A stretch of 59,235 bases of DNA from Eubacteriales bacterium (GTDB taxonomy: Bacteria; Bacillota; Clostridia; Oscillospirales; QAKW01). The stretch covers positions 1 through 59,235 of the forward strand of contig JAZKZG010000011.1 in assembly GCA_045612565.1 (NCBI GenBank), in the 5' to 3' direction. The stretch's first letter is position 1; every line of letters begins with the position of its first letter. Shown here piece by piece: positions 21,018 to 29,718 of the stretch. The notes beneath the pieces are model-generated. The model was not told the origin of the DNA, searched no databases, and saw only the letters and a list, made by a program, of their open reading frames with translations. Both the position numbers and the translations under genes were made by a program.

Positions 21018-21683
21018 TCAATTCATTCTCCTTTCAACGATATTATCATTTGATTTTATAATCACATTAGATGGATAAACACCGCGTAAACTTGTCAATG
21101 GATATGCAGTGGAATTCTGCCCGATAACAGTACCCGGGTTTAAAACACATCCGCAACCTATGTCAACTCCATCACCCAACATAGCGCCGAGTTTTCTCAT
21201 ACCTGTGTCAATTCCGTTGACTTTTATGTTTGTTTTATCTGTTTTAAGATTTGAACATATAACACCTGCACCCAAGTGAACTCTATTTCCTAAAATAGAA
21301 TCACCAATATAATTATAGTGAGGTGCCTGAACACTATTTAAAAGCAAACTGTTTTTTATTTCTGTAGAATTACCTATCACACAATCTTCACTGATTATAA
21401 CGTTACCTCGTATATATGCTCCGGGTCTGATTTTTGTGTTATGACCTATTATTGTGGGCCCTGCGATTGTAGTGTTTTTTGATATTTCTACATTTTCACC
21501 AATTAAGATATCATCAGTTAAAAACATAAAGCCCTTAGGTTTTTCACTTATTATTTGCTCAATTATATTTTTTATATTTGAAATAATTTCCCACGGATGA
21601 TTAAATTTATCAAAAAACGTGTAAAGGTATTCGCCATTACAATCAAAAATACAACTATTTAATAAAAAATCACTGTTATTCAT
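21018..21683 (-). CDS. stand-alone left-handed beta-helix (hexapeptide) acyltransferase resembling the GlmU C-terminal domain
   Basis: 221 aa from ATG 21683 (GAGG SD; the ORF-track TTG at 21698 is less likely). Hexapeptide repeats with IGNSTEIKNS...APHYNYIGDSILGNRVHLGAGVICSNLK, as in the GlmU acetyltransferase half. Confidence 0.65.
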   Translation of the reverse strand: MNNSDFLLNSCIFDCNGEYLYTFFDKFNHPWEIISNIKNIIEQIISEKPKGFMFLTDDILIGENVEISKNTTIAGPTIIGHNTKIRPGAYIRGNVIISEDCVIGNSTEIKNSLLLNSVQAPHYNYIGDSILGNRVHLGAGVICSNLKTDKTNIKVNGIDTGMRKLGAMLGDGVDIGCGCVLNPGTVIGQNSTAYPLTSLRGVYPSNVIIKSNDNIVERRMN

Positions 21684-23286
21684 TAAATCCCGCCTCAATG
21701 ATTGTTTTTTTAATCTCGTCTACATAAAATTTACACATTTCAATAGTTTCACCCTCACACATAATTCTAACAACAGGTTCTGTACCGCTTTCTCTGAGAA
21801 GAATACGACCTGTATCTGCAATCTTCTTGGTTAATTCTTCAATTTTTCTCATAACATCAATATGATTTTTTACAGCAGATTTATCTTCAACTCTTATACT
21901 TATTTCATACTGTGGCAACTGTTTCATATCTTTTACAAGCAATGAAACAGGTGATTTTTCGTCACATATTTGCTCAACGAGCATTATAGCGGTTAAAAGA
22001 CCGTCACCTGTTGTAGCATACTTTTTTAAAATTATATGACCTGATTGTTCTCCACCAAGACTGTAACCATTACTTTGCATACACTCATAAATAAATCTGT
22101 CACCAACATCTGTTCTGACAAAATCAACATTCTGTTTTTTAAGAGCAATTTCAAGACCCGAATTAGACATTATTGTTGCTACAACTGTATTGTTTTCGAG
22201 TATTCCCCTGTTTTTTAGTCTATTAGCAAGAATATATAATATACCGTCACCATCAATAATATTACCGTTCTCATCGACAGCAATACATCTGTCAGCATCT
22301 CCGTCAAAAGCAAGACCGATATCAAGATGTTCATCTTTTACCAGTTTACACAAGTTTTCAATATGTGTAGAACCGCAATCAGAATTTATATTCACGCCGT
22401 TTGGTGAAGAACCTATAACATAAGTTTTAGCTCCCAAAGCATCAAAAACAGCCTTTGCAATCATCCATGACGCACCGTTTGCACAATCAAGACCGATCCT
22501 TAAATGCTTATACGAATGTGAAGCAATTGAAATTAGATATCCTACATATCTGTTTCTACCTGCAACATAATCAATTATACATCCTATTTTTTCACGTTTT
22601 GCAAAAGGAATATCTTCACAAAGACCAAGAGACTCAAAATCCCCATCAATATATGCCTCAATTAATAGGGCCGTTTTATCATCAAGTTTTTCGCCAAATT
22701 TATTTATAACCTTTATTCCGTTGTCATAAAATGGATTGTGCGACGCTGTAATCATTACACCGCAATCAAAACCGTCTTGTCTTGTAACATACGAAACGCT
22801 CGGGGTTGTTGTAACATGTAACATATATACATCGGCACCGGATGCAGTAATACCCGCAACAAGCGAATATTCAAGATTATAACTCGAACGTCTTGTATCT
22901 TTACCAATAACAATCTTTGGCTTATATGAGTTTGAATGGTTAAGTGAAAAATACCACCCTAAAAATCGTCCCACTCGATATGCCTGTACAGAAGTTAAAC
23001 TGACATTTGCCTCTCCTCTGAATCCATCAGTACCAAAATATTTATGGTTTCTATTTTGGATAACAGGGAGTTCACTTCCGCTTAGTTCAATTTCATCATT
23101 AAGTAATTCATCAGATGTAACAGAAAATATTTTACAAAGTTGCATAACCTTATCAATTTGAGGTATCGATTGGCCAACTTCCCATTTTGATACCGATTGC
23201 CTTGAAACAAATAATTTTTCGGCAAGTTGTTCCTGCGATATCTTATTTTTTAATCGCAATTGTATTATTTTTTCTCCAATAGTCAT
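21676..23286 (-). CDS. glmM: phosphoglucosamine mutase with an N-terminal XRE-type helix-turn-helix domain
   Basis: 536 aa. Residues 1-65 are Cro/C1-type HTH (ISQEQLAEKLFVSRQSVSKWEVGQSIP). From about residue 81 it is GlmM: KYFGTDGFRG, TASHNP, FDGDADR, GGEQSGH, RESGTEP. AGGAGGA SD. Confidence 0.85.
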   Translation of the reverse strand: MTIGEKIIQLRLKNKISQEQLAEKLFVSRQSVSKWEVGQSIPQIDKVMQLCKIFSVTSDELLNDEIELSGSELPVIQNRNHKYFGTDGFRGEANVSLTSVQAYRVGRFLGWYFSLNHSNSYKPKIVIGKDTRRSSYNLEYSLVAGITASGADVYMLHVTTTPSVSYVTRQDGFDCGVMITASHNPFYDNGIKVINKFGEKLDDKTALLIEAYIDGDFESLGLCEDIPFAKREKIGCIIDYVAGRNRYVGYLISIASHSYKHLRIGLDCANGASWMIAKAVFDALGAKTYVIGSSPNGVNINSDCGSTHIENLCKLVKDEHLDIGLAFDGDADRCIAVDENGNIIDGDGILYILANRLKNRGILENNTVVATIMSNSGLEIALKKQNVDFVRTDVGDRFIYECMQSNGYSLGGEQSGHIILKKYATTGDGLLTAIMLVEQICDEKSPVSLLVKDMKQLPQYEISIRVEDKSAVKNHIDVMRKIEELTKKIADTGRILLRESGTEPVVRIMCEGETIEMCKFYVDEIKKTIIEAGFNE

Positions 23287-23339
23287 TGCTTCCTCCTAAG
23301 TTAATTTGAAACAATAAAATAATACTACCATTAAATTCC

Positions 23340-23366
23340 AATTTCAAACAACTACGGTTTGAAATT
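23340..23366. promoter_or_regulatory. perfect inverted repeat, candidate operator in the glmM leader
   Basis: AATTTCAAAC-N7-GTTTGAAATT. No flanking T-tract in either orientation. Overlaps the putative -35 (TTGTTT, 18 nt, TAGTAT on the minus strand, 23322-23351). Confidence 0.4.
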
Positions 23367-23500
23367 ATCAGCAACTGCTGGTTGCGTAATAAATGTTCTT
23401 ATATTAATTTTGCTCAATTTTATTATGTTTTATGAATTAAACTTCAAAAACAGCAAGTTTTATGTTACAATAATATTATTAATATTGTTGGAGTAAAAAT

Positions 23501-24679
23501 ATGAATTATAGATATGACAAATTTCAAAACAAATTATCAATATTAGGTTTTGGTTGTATGCGTTTTCCAACTAAAATGGGAAAAATTGATATGACAGCCA
23601 CAGAGCAATTAATCGTCAATGCTGTTAATAATGGGATAAACTATTTTGACACAGCATATATTTATCCGGGAAGTGAAGCGGCTTTAGGCGAAATATTACA
23701 TAAAAATAATATGAGAGAACGGGTGTTTATTGCCACAAAACTTCCCCAGTATTTAATAAAGAACACCGAGCAACTCGAGAAACTATTCAACGAGCAATTA
23801 AATCGTTTAAAAACTGAATATATTGATTACTATTTAATGCATATGCTGACAGATATTGATACCTGGAACAGACTAAAAGATATTGGTATAATTGAATGGA
23901 TAGCACAAAAAAAGAAAACAGGCCAAATTAAACAAATCGGATTTTCTTATCACGGAAACAGTGAAATGTTTTGTAAAATAATAGATGATTATGACTGGGA
24001 TTTTGCAATGATACAGTACAACTATATGGACGAACATTCTCAAGCCGGTAAAACAGGTCTGTTATATGCAAATAAAAAAGGCATTCCTATTATGATAATG
24101 GAGCCATTAAGAGGTGGTCGTCTTGTAAACAGATTACCCGAAAAAGCTATTAATATATTTAAGAATCATACAATACAACATTCTCCTGCTCAGTGGGCTT
24201 TTAGATGGCTATGGAATCAGCCCGAAATAACAGTTGTTTTATCAGGGATGAACAGTTCTGACATGCTAAAAGATAATATAAATACTGCTTCTACTGTTAA
24301 AATACACGAGTTAACACAATCTGATGACGAAATGCTAAAAAAAGTTGTAGCAGCCATAAATTCAAAAATGAAAGTTGGATGTACAGGCTGCGGATATTGT
24401 ATGCCCTGCCCCAAAAATGTTGATATTCCCGGAACTTTTGCTGCATACAACCGCAAATATTCCGATGGGTATTTTGCAGCTTTAAAGGAGTACTTTATGT
24501 GTACAGTACTCAGAAAAAACAAAACTTGTGCATCAAATTGCATCGAATGCGGCAAATGTGAAAAACACTGTCCACAAAACATAAATATTCGGCAACAACT
24601 TAATAATGCAAAGCGCGAACTCGAAACACCTGTGTTTAAATTAGGACGTTTTGTGGCATCAAAATTTGTTAAATTCTAA
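23501..24679 (+). CDS. aldo/keto reductase with a C-terminal 4Fe-4S ferredoxin-type domain
   Basis: 392 aa. AKR N-terminal body followed by CTGCGYCMPCP and CIECGKCEKHCP cluster motifs. Confidence 0.8.
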   Translation: MNYRYDKFQNKLSILGFGCMRFPTKMGKIDMTATEQLIVNAVNNGINYFDTAYIYPGSEAALGEILHKNNMRERVFIATKLPQYLIKNTEQLEKLFNEQLNRLKTEYIDYYLMHMLTDIDTWNRLKDIGIIEWIAQKKKTGQIKQIGFSYHGNSEMFCKIIDDYDWDFAMIQYNYMDEHSQAGKTGLLYANKKGIPIMIMEPLRGGRLVNRLPEKAINIFKNHTIQHSPAQWAFRWLWNQPEITVVLSGMNSSDMLKDNINTASTVKIHELTQSDDEMLKKVVAAINSKMKVGCTGCGYCMPCPKNVDIPGTFAAYNRKYSDGYFAALKEYFMCTVLRKNKTCASNCIECGKCEKHCPQNINIRQQLNNAKRELETPVFKLGRFVASKFVKF

Positions 24680-24682
24680 ATT

Positions 24683-24710
24683 AAAAATCCACCCTATCGG
24701 GTGGATTTTT
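24683..24710. terminator. bidirectional terminator (left twin hairpin)
   Basis: AAAAATCCACCC-TATC-GGGTGGATTTTT between convergent genes. Confidence 0.8.
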
Positions 24711-24712
24711 AA

Positions 24713-26647
24713 TTACATTTTTTCAACAAGTTTTTTATGCATTTTATTAACAATTGTGCTTCTGAATACATAAAAATCAAAAACTCTATGTGTGTATTTT
24801 TCGGTTTTTGCAGCATAATCAACAACAGCATCAAGAGCAGTTTGTGCTTTTTGTGCATCACCACTTGTAAGGGCGATTTCCCAATCAAGATAAAGATTTG
24901 CAAATTTTGTTTGATATGATAAATAATAAAACGAGAGTTCAACAGTAGAATTTTCGAAAATCTTTACACTCTTAACAAAATCATCAAATTCAGAAATAAA
25001 ATTCTTACATTTTTTAAATTGATCTACAAGTTCGGGGTTTACTGTTTTTTCATATTCGCCACGGACAAATACCGGCTCGGTAAGTTCCGACAAAGTCTTG
25101 AAGTAATCTGATACTTTTTTACCATGCACACCATATGCATTTGCAAAATAACTGTCAACAACATCATCAAAAACTTTTGTTTTATCCCAAAGGGCTTCTG
25201 CCATACCGTTCATACCAAGTCCGTGTGGATAGAACGAGCGAATGCACTGACAACTAACCATACCGTTGAGTCCAATTTTATCAAGATTTTTCATATCATC
25301 AAATAACACTTTTGCTGTTTTGAAATTACCGATATCTTTAAAGTGATCCCACATATAGTGATAGTCAAAATCAAATGAATCGCCTTTAAAACCTTTTTGC
25401 CAATTATTTAAATGAGCAATGTTTTCTGATACGTCAGCAGGCATTTTATTATTATTACGATTATAATCGGCCAATGTTCCATCAAATACAGCACTCTCAG
25501 CCATACTTGACGAGTATGTTCTTGTAATAGGTGCAAACATCAAAACAAATCGGTCGGGATTATTAAGTTTTTCCTTGAGCGGTTCCCAAAGCAAATCAAC
25601 ATAAATCAAAAATACAATTTTAGTGTCTAGTCCACTTTGGGTCAGTTTTTCATCAATTATATTGAGAAGTTGAACATAATAATCAGAAGGTCTGAGTTTT
25701 TTACATTCATCACACTCACATTGATTGTTCGTTCCGTCAGCAAGCCAAACGTGCATATAGTCAATTTCAGGATGTTCTTGAGAATATTTAACTATAGCAT
25801 CCGACATAATGTCCTTTACTTCATTTGATGAATAACAAAGATTTGTGTTAAGTGGAACACCTTTACAAAAATCACGCTTTCCATCAAGCATAGCAAGGTG
25901 TTTTTTCACATTATCGTCGGCAGGTTTGTCGGCCTCAAACCAACCAAGGCCATCAATTCCAAAAGGCTCACAAGTCCATCCATGCCCTACAGAATGATAA
26001 AGTAAACCGCGTTTTTTTATTTGTTTTACAGTTTCTTCGGCAATTGCCTTTGCATCATTAACTGTAAAATCAACAGGCTCATACTCGTTCTCATTGTGTC
26101 TGTGTGAATACCATCTAAAGTAAAACGCATACGGTATTCTGAACTGATTATAAAAACCATTCATACCAACTTTTGGCAACCATTCAACAAAATCACATAT
26201 ATTATCAAAACTATCTGCGCCTTCAATGCAAACTGCTCTGTGACGGTATGAAGGTTTTTCAAAAACTTTCACAGATTTTTTTGTGACATCGAGCGAAGGA
26301 ATAACATCACCGTCACAACCGGGACGTACAAACGCACAACCGAGTTCTCGCAAATAACGATATACTGCAATTAAAACTGCACGTTTATTTGTACCAGTGA
26401 TAAAACCAACACAGTTTTTAACATCAATTGAAATACCATCATCAAGAGAACAATCTTCAACAATCGGTACATCAAATTTATCATCGAGACCAACCCATAT
26501 TGCATCCTTAATATCTTCTCTATAACAAGCAAATGACATAATTGCATATTCGTTGTTTACATCAATTTTAGAAAGATATTTTTTGAGTTCGTAACAAGCA
26601 AGAGAAATTGTCTCACTATCACCAATTTTAGCGATTTTAACAAACAT
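24713..26647 (-). CDS. DUF4838-like / GH20-related putative glycoside-hydrolase-like protein
   Basis: 644 aa from ATG 26647 (GGAGGA SD; the ORF-track TTG at 26707 is unsupported). CECDEC motif followed by KKLRPSDYY. The family call is from memory of DUF4838 proteins and is tentative. Confidence 0.55.
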   Translation of the reverse strand: MFVKIAKIGDSETISLACYELKKYLSKIDVNNEYAIMSFACYREDIKDAIWVGLDDKFDVPIVEDCSLDDGISIDVKNCVGFITGTNKRAVLIAVYRYLRELGCAFVRPGCDGDVIPSLDVTKKSVKVFEKPSYRHRAVCIEGADSFDNICDFVEWLPKVGMNGFYNQFRIPYAFYFRWYSHRHNENEYEPVDFTVNDAKAIAEETVKQIKKRGLLYHSVGHGWTCEPFGIDGLGWFEADKPADDNVKKHLAMLDGKRDFCKGVPLNTNLCYSSNEVKDIMSDAIVKYSQEHPEIDYMHVWLADGTNNQCECDECKKLRPSDYYVQLLNIIDEKLTQSGLDTKIVFLIYVDLLWEPLKEKLNNPDRFVLMFAPITRTYSSSMAESAVFDGTLADYNRNNNKMPADVSENIAHLNNWQKGFKGDSFDFDYHYMWDHFKDIGNFKTAKVLFDDMKNLDKIGLNGMVSCQCIRSFYPHGLGMNGMAEALWDKTKVFDDVVDSYFANAYGVHGKKVSDYFKTLSELTEPVFVRGEYEKTVNPELVDQFKKCKNFISEFDDFVKSVKIFENSTVELSFYYLSYQTKFANLYLDWEIALTSGDAQKAQTALDAVVDYAAKTEKYTHRVFDFYVFRSTIVNKMHKKLVEKM

Positions 26648-26730
26648 ATAATCCTCCAAAGATTTATTTTTAAAATTATAACATTCTAAAAATACTTTTT
26701 CAATCAATAGTTATCTATTTATCGTAGAAA

Positions 26731-26759
26731 AACAAAAAAACCACCCTATTGGGTGGTTT
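26731..26759 (-). terminator. intrinsic terminator after tRNA-Leu (right twin hairpin)
   Basis: Minus strand reads AAACCACCC-AATA-GGGTGGTTTTTTTGTTTTT, immediately after the tRNA CCA end. Confidence 0.8.
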
Positions 26760-26844
26760 TGGTGCGAAAGACGGGACTTGAACCCGTACGGAGAAATCCA
26801 CACGCCCCTCAAACGTGCGCGTCTGCCAGTTCCGCCACTCTCGC
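26760..26844 (-). tRNA. tRNA-Leu (anticodon GAG), class II with long variable arm
   Basis: Reverse complement is GCGAGAGTGGCGGAACTGGCAGACGCGCACGTTTGAGGGGCGTGTGGATTTCTCCGTACGGGTTCAAGTCCCGTCTTTCGCACCA. Anticodon loop TTGAGGG, T-arm ACGGG-TTCAAGT-CCCGT. Confidence 0.88.
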
Positions 26845-26857
26845 AAGAACGTTTACT

Positions 26858-26886
26858 ATTATAGCCGATTGATTTTAAAATGTCAA
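26858..26886 (-). promoter_or_regulatory. consensus sigma-A promoter for tRNA-Leu
   Basis: Minus strand reads TTGACA, 17 nt, TATAAT, ending 13 nt before the tRNA 5' end. Confidence 0.65.
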
Positions 26887-26920
26887 CACTTATTTTAAAA
26901 TTTATTTAAAATATTTTTTC

Positions 26921-26949
26921 TTGATTTAATATTAGGAATATTGTATAAT
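26921..26949 (+). promoter_or_regulatory. sigma-A-type promoter of mtaB
   Basis: TTGATT, 17 nt, TATAAT. GAGGTGA SD follows. Confidence 0.55.
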
Positions 26950-26970
26950 ATTTTTTTGTGAGGTGATATT

Positions 26971-28248
26971 ATGAAAGCGGCTTTTTATACACTTGGTTGC
27001 AAGGTAAATCAATACGATACGCAGATGATGAGTGAAAAATTAATCGATGCGGGATATAATATTTGTTCGTTCAATGATACAGCCGATATATACATAATAA
27101 ACACCTGTACCGTAACTCAGATATCAGACAAAAAAAGTAGAAATATTATTTCAAGAGCTAAAAGAATCAATCCTAACGCAATAATAATTGTGTGCGGATG
27201 TTTTTCACAGGTTAGTCCTAAGGAAGTATCAGACATTGAAGGGGTTGATATTGTATTAGGAACCAAAAACCGAGTAAATATAGTTGAATATATAAATAAT
27301 TTTACAAAAACCAGTCGTCAAATAATTGAAGTTAATAATGAAGGAAATCTTGATGCCGAACAAATTTCTTCATTTTCTGAAAAAACAAGAGCCATTTTAA
27401 AAATAGAGGACGGGTGCCGTAATTTTTGCAGTTACTGTCTTATACCGTTTGCACGAGGAAAAATCACGTCAAAACCAATTGAACAAGTTGTGAAAGAAGC
27501 GACACTTACATCTAAAAACGGTTATAAAGAAATCGTTTTAACAGGCATTCACCTTTCATCATACGGAAAAGATCTTAAAAGCGTCGATTTAGCCGACGCA
27601 ATAAATGCTGTAAACGACATTGATGAAATAAAGCGAATACGTCTTGGGTCACTTGAACCAAGAATTATAACAGAAGAATTTTTGAATAAAATTTCAAGTG
27701 CTTCAAAACTTTGCCCCTCTTTTCACTTATCATTACAAAGCGGTTGCGACAAAACTTTAAAAGCAATGAACAGAAAATATACAACTGCAGAATTCAAGTT
27801 TGCTGTAGATTTATTAAGAAAAAAATTCACAGATTGTTCTGTTACAACTGATATTATTGTTGGTTTTCCTGGAGAAACCGACGATGATTTTAATCAAACA
27901 ATTGAGTTTGTAAAGCAAATTAAATTTTCAAAAATTCACATATTTCCTTTTTCAGTCAGAAAAGGTACAAAAGCCGAAACAATGCCTGATAAAGTTTCAA
28001 AACAAATAAAGTCACAGCGTGAAAAATCACTCAGCAATTTCGAGATAGAACATAGACTTGCTTTTAACCAAAGTATGATTGGAAAAACTGTGTCAGTTTT
28101 AGTAGAAGAATTCTCAAACGGAGTTTGTAACGGTTTTTCAAAAAATTATATTAATGTGGAATTTAAAGGTGAAGAAACTCAATGTAATCGCATTGTTAAT
28201 GTTAAGATAATAGATGCAGATGAACACACACTGTATGGTACAATTTAA
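26971..28248 (+). CDS. mtaB: tRNA (t6A37) methylthiotransferase MtaB
   Basis: 425 aa. UPF0004 N-domain, radical-SAM CxxxCxxC (CRNFCSYC) and TRAM-like C-terminus. Confidence 0.85.
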   Translation: MKAAFYTLGCKVNQYDTQMMSEKLIDAGYNICSFNDTADIYIINTCTVTQISDKKSRNIISRAKRINPNAIIIVCGCFSQVSPKEVSDIEGVDIVLGTKNRVNIVEYINNFTKTSRQIIEVNNEGNLDAEQISSFSEKTRAILKIEDGCRNFCSYCLIPFARGKITSKPIEQVVKEATLTSKNGYKEIVLTGIHLSSYGKDLKSVDLADAINAVNDIDEIKRIRLGSLEPRIITEEFLNKISSASKLCPSFHLSLQSGCDKTLKAMNRKYTTAEFKFAVDLLRKKFTDCSVTTDIIVGFPGETDDDFNQTIEFVKQIKFSKIHIFPFSVRKGTKAETMPDKVSKQIKSQREKSLSNFEIEHRLAFNQSMIGKTVSVLVEEFSNGVCNGFSKNYINVEFKGEETQCNRIVNVKIIDADEHTLYGTI

Positions 28249-28258
28249 GGAAAAAGAA

Positions 28259-28447
28259 ATGAACAACGCAAGAAAACTCAGAAATTTATATAGAATGACA
28301 CAAAAAGATATTGCGGTCAAAATAGACTATCCACGACCGCTTTATCAAGCTTTTGAAAACGGCAAATACGATATGCCCGAAGATAAATTGCAACTATTAG
28401 CCAAACTTTATAACGTTAGTATAGATTACATATTAAATAAAAAATAA
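28259..28447 (+). CDS. small XRE-family HTH transcriptional regulator
   Basis: 62 aa from ATG 28259 (AAGGA SD). MNNARKLRNLYRMTQKDIAVKI... HTH pattern. The ORF-track start at 28214 lies inside mtaB. Confidence 0.7.
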   Translation: MNNARKLRNLYRMTQKDIAVKIDYPRPLYQAFENGKYDMPEDKLQLLAKLYNVSIDYILNKK

Positions 28448-28478
28448 AAAAAGCGATACAAAACGTATCGCTTTTTTT
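28446..28478. terminator. bidirectional terminator between the XRE gene and galK
   Basis: AAAAAGCGATAC-AAAAC-GTATCGCTTTTTTT. Confidence 0.8.
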
Positions 28479-28479
28479 A

Positions 28480-29718
28480 TTAATATACTTTTTTTGGACC
28501 TACATCTCTTATTTTAAGTAAATAACAGCATCCTTCACCAAAAGTAGACTCCATTTTATCAACATAGTCATCAACAATATCGTTAGGAACATAAGCTTGC
28601 ATCGTTCCGCCGAATCCGCCACCATGAACACGCGATGCACCTTTTCCGCAAAGAATATTTTCTGAAAGGCAAAGAGCAAATGACATACCCTGTGAAGTCG
28701 GTTTTTTATCCGAATAGATATTTTGTAAAAATCTAAAAGACGAATTTCCCGATTTATTGACAATTTTAAGGAAACTGTCAAAATCATTATTTTTAAGTGC
28801 AGCTTGAATATTGTCAACGTTTACATTTTCATTAAAATAATGGAATGCTCGAATAATTGCACGTTCAGAAACATTTTTCTTCAATTCAGATAGTTTTGAA
28901 TAAAACTCATCAAAATCAACACCACGCAAATGCTCGGCACCAAAATAATTTGCAATAGATTGCATTTCTGTTTTAATAGCAACGTAATCGCCCGTCAAAT
29001 CAGCGTGATCACATCTTGTATCAGTTATTATCATACTGTATCCTGTTGCACCAAAATCAAAAGGCAAACGCTCTACAATCGGATTAGCAGGATCTTTAAA
29101 ATCAATAGAAATCATTCCGCCAAAAGCACAAGAAAGTTGATCAAGAAGTCCTGACGCCTTACCGAAATAAACATTTTCAGCGTACTGCGATGCAATAGCC
29201 ATTGTTTTTGAATCTATTTTTTCATCATTATAAAGACTGTTTTCAATAAATGCGATCATAATTTCAAAAGCAGCTGACGAGGAAAGTCCAGAACCCTTTA
29301 AAACGTCATTGGTAGTGTATGCATCAAAACCGCCTACAACATAACCCATATCAGAAAGTTTTTTACACACACCTCTTACAAGCGAAGTAGAGTTGCCTGT
29401 TTCTTTATCAACTTTTTCAAGTTTTGATACATTAACTTTAATATCACCAAAGCCTTTTGCTTTGATGCAAATGTTGCCGTCATCACGCTTTTTTACAAAA
29501 GCAAGCATATCAAGGTTTATTGAAGCGCCGACAGCTTTACCGAGATTATGGTCAGTATGGTTTCCACAGATTTCACTTCTTCCAGGTGAACTAAATACGT
29601 TTTGAGGCTCATAACCAAAAGCTTTTTTAAATTCATTAAAAGTCTTTTGATATCTTTCCATTTGATAATCAAGCAAATGTTCAGGATAAAAATATAGGTC
29701 TTGCTTATTAAATTTCAT
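28480..29718 (-). CDS. galK: galactokinase (GHMP kinase)
   Basis: SSPGRSEICGNHTDHNLG galactokinase signature and GHMP motif GSGLSSSAA. Start set at ATG 29718 (GGAGA SD) rather than 29733. Confidence 0.85.
   Translation of the reverse strand: MKFNKQDLYFYPEHLLDYQMERYQKTFNEFKKAFGYEPQNVFSSPGRSEICGNHTDHNLGKAVGASINLDMLAFVKKRDDGNICIKAKGFGDIKVNVSKLEKVDKETGNSTSLVRGVCKKLSDMGYVVGGFDAYTTNDVLKGSGLSSSAAFEIMIAFIENSLYNDEKIDSKTMAIASQYAENVYFGKASGLLDQLSCAFGGMISIDFKDPANPIVERLPFDFGATGYSMIITDTRCDHADLTGDYVAIKTEMQSIANYFGAEHLRGVDFDEFYSKLSELKKNVSERAIIRAFHYFNENVNVDNIQAALKNNDFDSFLKIVNKSGNSSFRFLQNIYSDKKPTSQGMSFALCLSENILCGKGASRVHGGGFGGTMQAYVPNDIVDDYVDKMESTFGEGCCYLLKIRDVGPKKVY

Noticed and set aside
19203-23500. glmS ribozyme upstream of glmS or of the operon
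   Set aside because: glmS starts 3 nt after the preceding stop, so it has no leader. The 214-nt operon leader is AT-rich and lacks the conserved GC-rich ribozyme core segments. This needs a cmsearch with RF00234 to be definitive.
24217-24582. 121-aa minus-strand ORF
   Set aside because: It is antisense to the AKR/4Fe-4S gene, which has clear cluster motifs.
26648-26970. integrated mobile element at tRNA-Leu
   Set aside because: I found no integrase, no direct repeat of the tRNA 3' end, and only one cargo-like gene. It is kept as a low-to-moderate interest finding based on the twin hairpins only.
28259-28447. small XRE regulator as the antitoxin of a TA pair
   Set aside because: No adjacent small toxin ORF exists. 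The gene is flanked by the mtaB stop and a bidirectional terminator.
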